A stretch of 63,890 bases of DNA, filler included, from Octopus bimaculoides (lineage: Eukaryota): assembly GCF_001194135.2 (NCBI RefSeq). It is 6 parts of 6 records of this genome, joined end to end, with 100 filler letters (N's around TTAATTAATTAA, not from the genome) between each part and the next. Parts side by side here need not be neighbours in the genome. Positions count along the whole stretch, not along the records: positions 59,853 to 62,528 come from NC_068993.1; positions 62,629 to 63,890 come from NW_026348859.1; 4 more parts are not named here. One strand, given 5' to 3'. This document shows, one piece after another, positions 61,931 through 63,890 of the stretch (position 1 is the stretch's first letter; every line of letters begins with the position of its first letter). The notes beneath the pieces are model-generated. The model saw nothing but the letters and a program-made list of their open reading frames with translations, had not been told where the DNA came from and ran no database searches. The translations under genes were made by a program, and so were the position numbers.

Positions 61931-62899
61931 TATCTGCATTCTATTAGTTGTGATCTACGTTCAGGTATATATCACTCCTCCAAAAAACAAACTGTCTCAT
62001 ACATACACCTATACATATATAATTTCACAAATAGCTTATCATGATATAACGCCTGAATATCATAATATCAATGTTTCGAATTCTAAGTAGTCATTCAATT
62101 TCGATCTGTGTGTGACATTGTCCACCTTTATAGCTCCAATGTGAACTGGATGTTGGCTCTGCTTAATACAGCTTGATGTCTGATATCTACATGACCAGTA
62201 GACATCAAAGAGAAATACAAACATCTATATAGGTGTGTGTATGTGTGTGTGTGTATTGTAAGAGATTCTTTCGGACGGCAAGTGTTCTGAAATGTGTGTC
62301 ACACGGAGTAGCGACAAAGTGAATCATCAGCTTTGATCGAATATATTTATATATTTTTGCGCGCGCGCGCGCGTGTGTGTTCCCCCTGCCTGCACATTTT
62401 TGTACCGGTGTATATGCAAGATATACAACTCTGTGTTGTGAGTGCTTTGGAGATGGCTAACAGCAGTCAGCTGATGCCCTATATATACATACATATATGC
62501 ATAGCTATATATAATATATATATATATANNNNNNNNNNNNNNNNNNNNNNNNNNNNNNNNNNNNNNNNNNNNTTAATTAATTAANNNNNNNNNNNNNNNN
62601 NNNNNNNNNNNNNNNNNNNNNNNNNNNNACACATACATGCAAAAAAATACATACATGACAACACACACCTTCACTCACACTAGTTCTCTCTCTCACACAC
62701 ACAGGCCAAGCCTACGGACCAAGTATAGATACACATACACAAGCTGACAAGTATTTACTTTCATTTTCGGTTGCAGCCGTTCAGTTTTCTTGTTACTGAC
62801 TACTGACTTTTAAGTTGAATAGTGAAACACACTGTATACGAACATAAATAGAAACACATCGTGCAAGTGTATCACTATTCATGAAAGTCAATGGGTGCA

Positions 62900-63435
62900 T
62901 GTGTGTGTGTGTGTCTTTATGGCTGTGTTGACAACCGGTGTTGCAACGGGGCTGACAGAATAAGTATTAGGGGGCGATCTTACGGTACGAGTCCTAAATA
63001 TCGGCCTTTTCCGTAAAAAGTGTCTTCGGCGATCTTTACCAAAGATCGACCTTTTCCGTAAAAAATGTTGGAGAGAAACAGGGAAACGACGTCATAAAAG
63101 CGAAAGAGATACAGAGAGCGCGATTTCTTTTGAAGGGTTTACGGTTTGGGTTTGGGTTAGGGAATTCCGTCCCTAACCCTGACACTAAAACCCTAACCCT
63201 AACACCGTAGTGAAGATCGTGCGGGTGTTACGGAAAAGGCCGATCTTTGGTAAAGATCGCCGAAGACACTTTTTACGGAAAAGGCCGATATTTAAGACTC
63301 GTATCGAAAGATCGCCAGTATTAGGCTTCAAAAATAAAATAAGTCCTGGGGGCCGATTTGTTCAACTAAAAGACACTTCAGGGCTGTGTCCCAGTATGGC
63401 CGCAGTGAAATGACTGAAACAATTCGAAGATACAG
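62900..63435 (+). mobile_element. SINE family A 3' part split by a MITE
   Basis: GACAGAATAAGTATTAGG | ..AGTATTAGGCTTCAAAAATAAAATAAGTCCTGGGG..GTATGGCCGCAGT. Confidence 0.85.
62972..63316. mobile_element. Mutator-like MITE: 89-bp TIRs (85/89), 9-bp TSD AGTATTAGG, telomere-like core
   Basis: TIRs 62973-63061 and 63228-63316; TSD 62963-62971 and 63317-63325, where the SINE consensus has one copy. Confidence 0.88.
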
Positions 63436-63890
63436 GATAAAAGCTTCATATAGTTTTTCTCTCTTCGACATGTTGGCTTCCGCTGTCTTTTTGTTGAGTG
63501 ACCCTACTAGGGCTCGAAACCGGTTTTATAAAACCGACGGATTTGCCAAAACCGATTTTAATGCTTGTTGTTTCTATTTTTTTTTTTTTTCGCAAAACAT
63601 TCATTCATTTTTTTCTTTTGAAGAAATATCGTTGAAACTGAACTAACTGAACTGTTGTCGGTCGCCTTTAGTTGAAAGTGCTGTCTGTTTCATTGAAACA
63701 TATCGCAACATATCAACATATTCCCACCTCTCCCTTTGAACCTAAGATCAGCACCTTGTCATTTCCTTCGCTAACCCCTGGCTGACTCCTTGAATTTGGA
63801 GGTAACCGAGTTCATTCAGAGCAAGTCAAGGGGATGCTGCTAGTCTTCAGTCAGGTGATCTTTCCCGTTGAGCATATGTAATAACCAGTT

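Noticed and set aside
29182-62584. TTAATTAATTAA recurring five times (29182, 41514, 54130, 59797, 62573)
   Set aside because: Always centred in N runs; an artificial six-frame-stop scaffolding linker. It also means adjacency and orientation across these joins are uncertain.

Overview
AT-rich, gapped eukaryotic genomic DNA dominated by microsatellites and interspersed repeats. The repeat families, composition and scaffold-gap style point to an Octopus-like cephalopod draft assembly (inference, not verified). I cannot confidently identify any intact host protein-coding gene, rRNA, tRNA or CRISPR array. Almost all ORFs in the supplied track are translations of simple repeats or N gaps. Well supported content: (i) dozens of tRNA-derived SINE copies in several families (A-E and G are my working labels); (ii) decayed non-LTR retrotransposons: four R4/Dong-like RT/RLE fragments, one RTE and one CR1-group fragment; (iii) mariner remnants, including a fold-back derivative, plus hAT-like and Mutator-like MITEs; (iv) three short elements next to dinucleotide microsatellites that carry a minimal hammerhead-ribozyme motif of the Penelope-like type. 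Best leads: the hammerhead-bearing elements (two share an atypical CUGUUGA core); an R4/Dong-like element bounded on both sides by (ACAT)n while its relatives abut (TAA)n; a Mutator-like MITE with back-to-back telomere-like G-tracts; an exact 66-bp templated insertion into a SINE; a 1.67-kb block bounded by SINE-derived inverted repeats; and a 48-aa secreted-peptide-like ORF. All coordinates and identities were read by eye; boundaries of decayed repeats are approximate.
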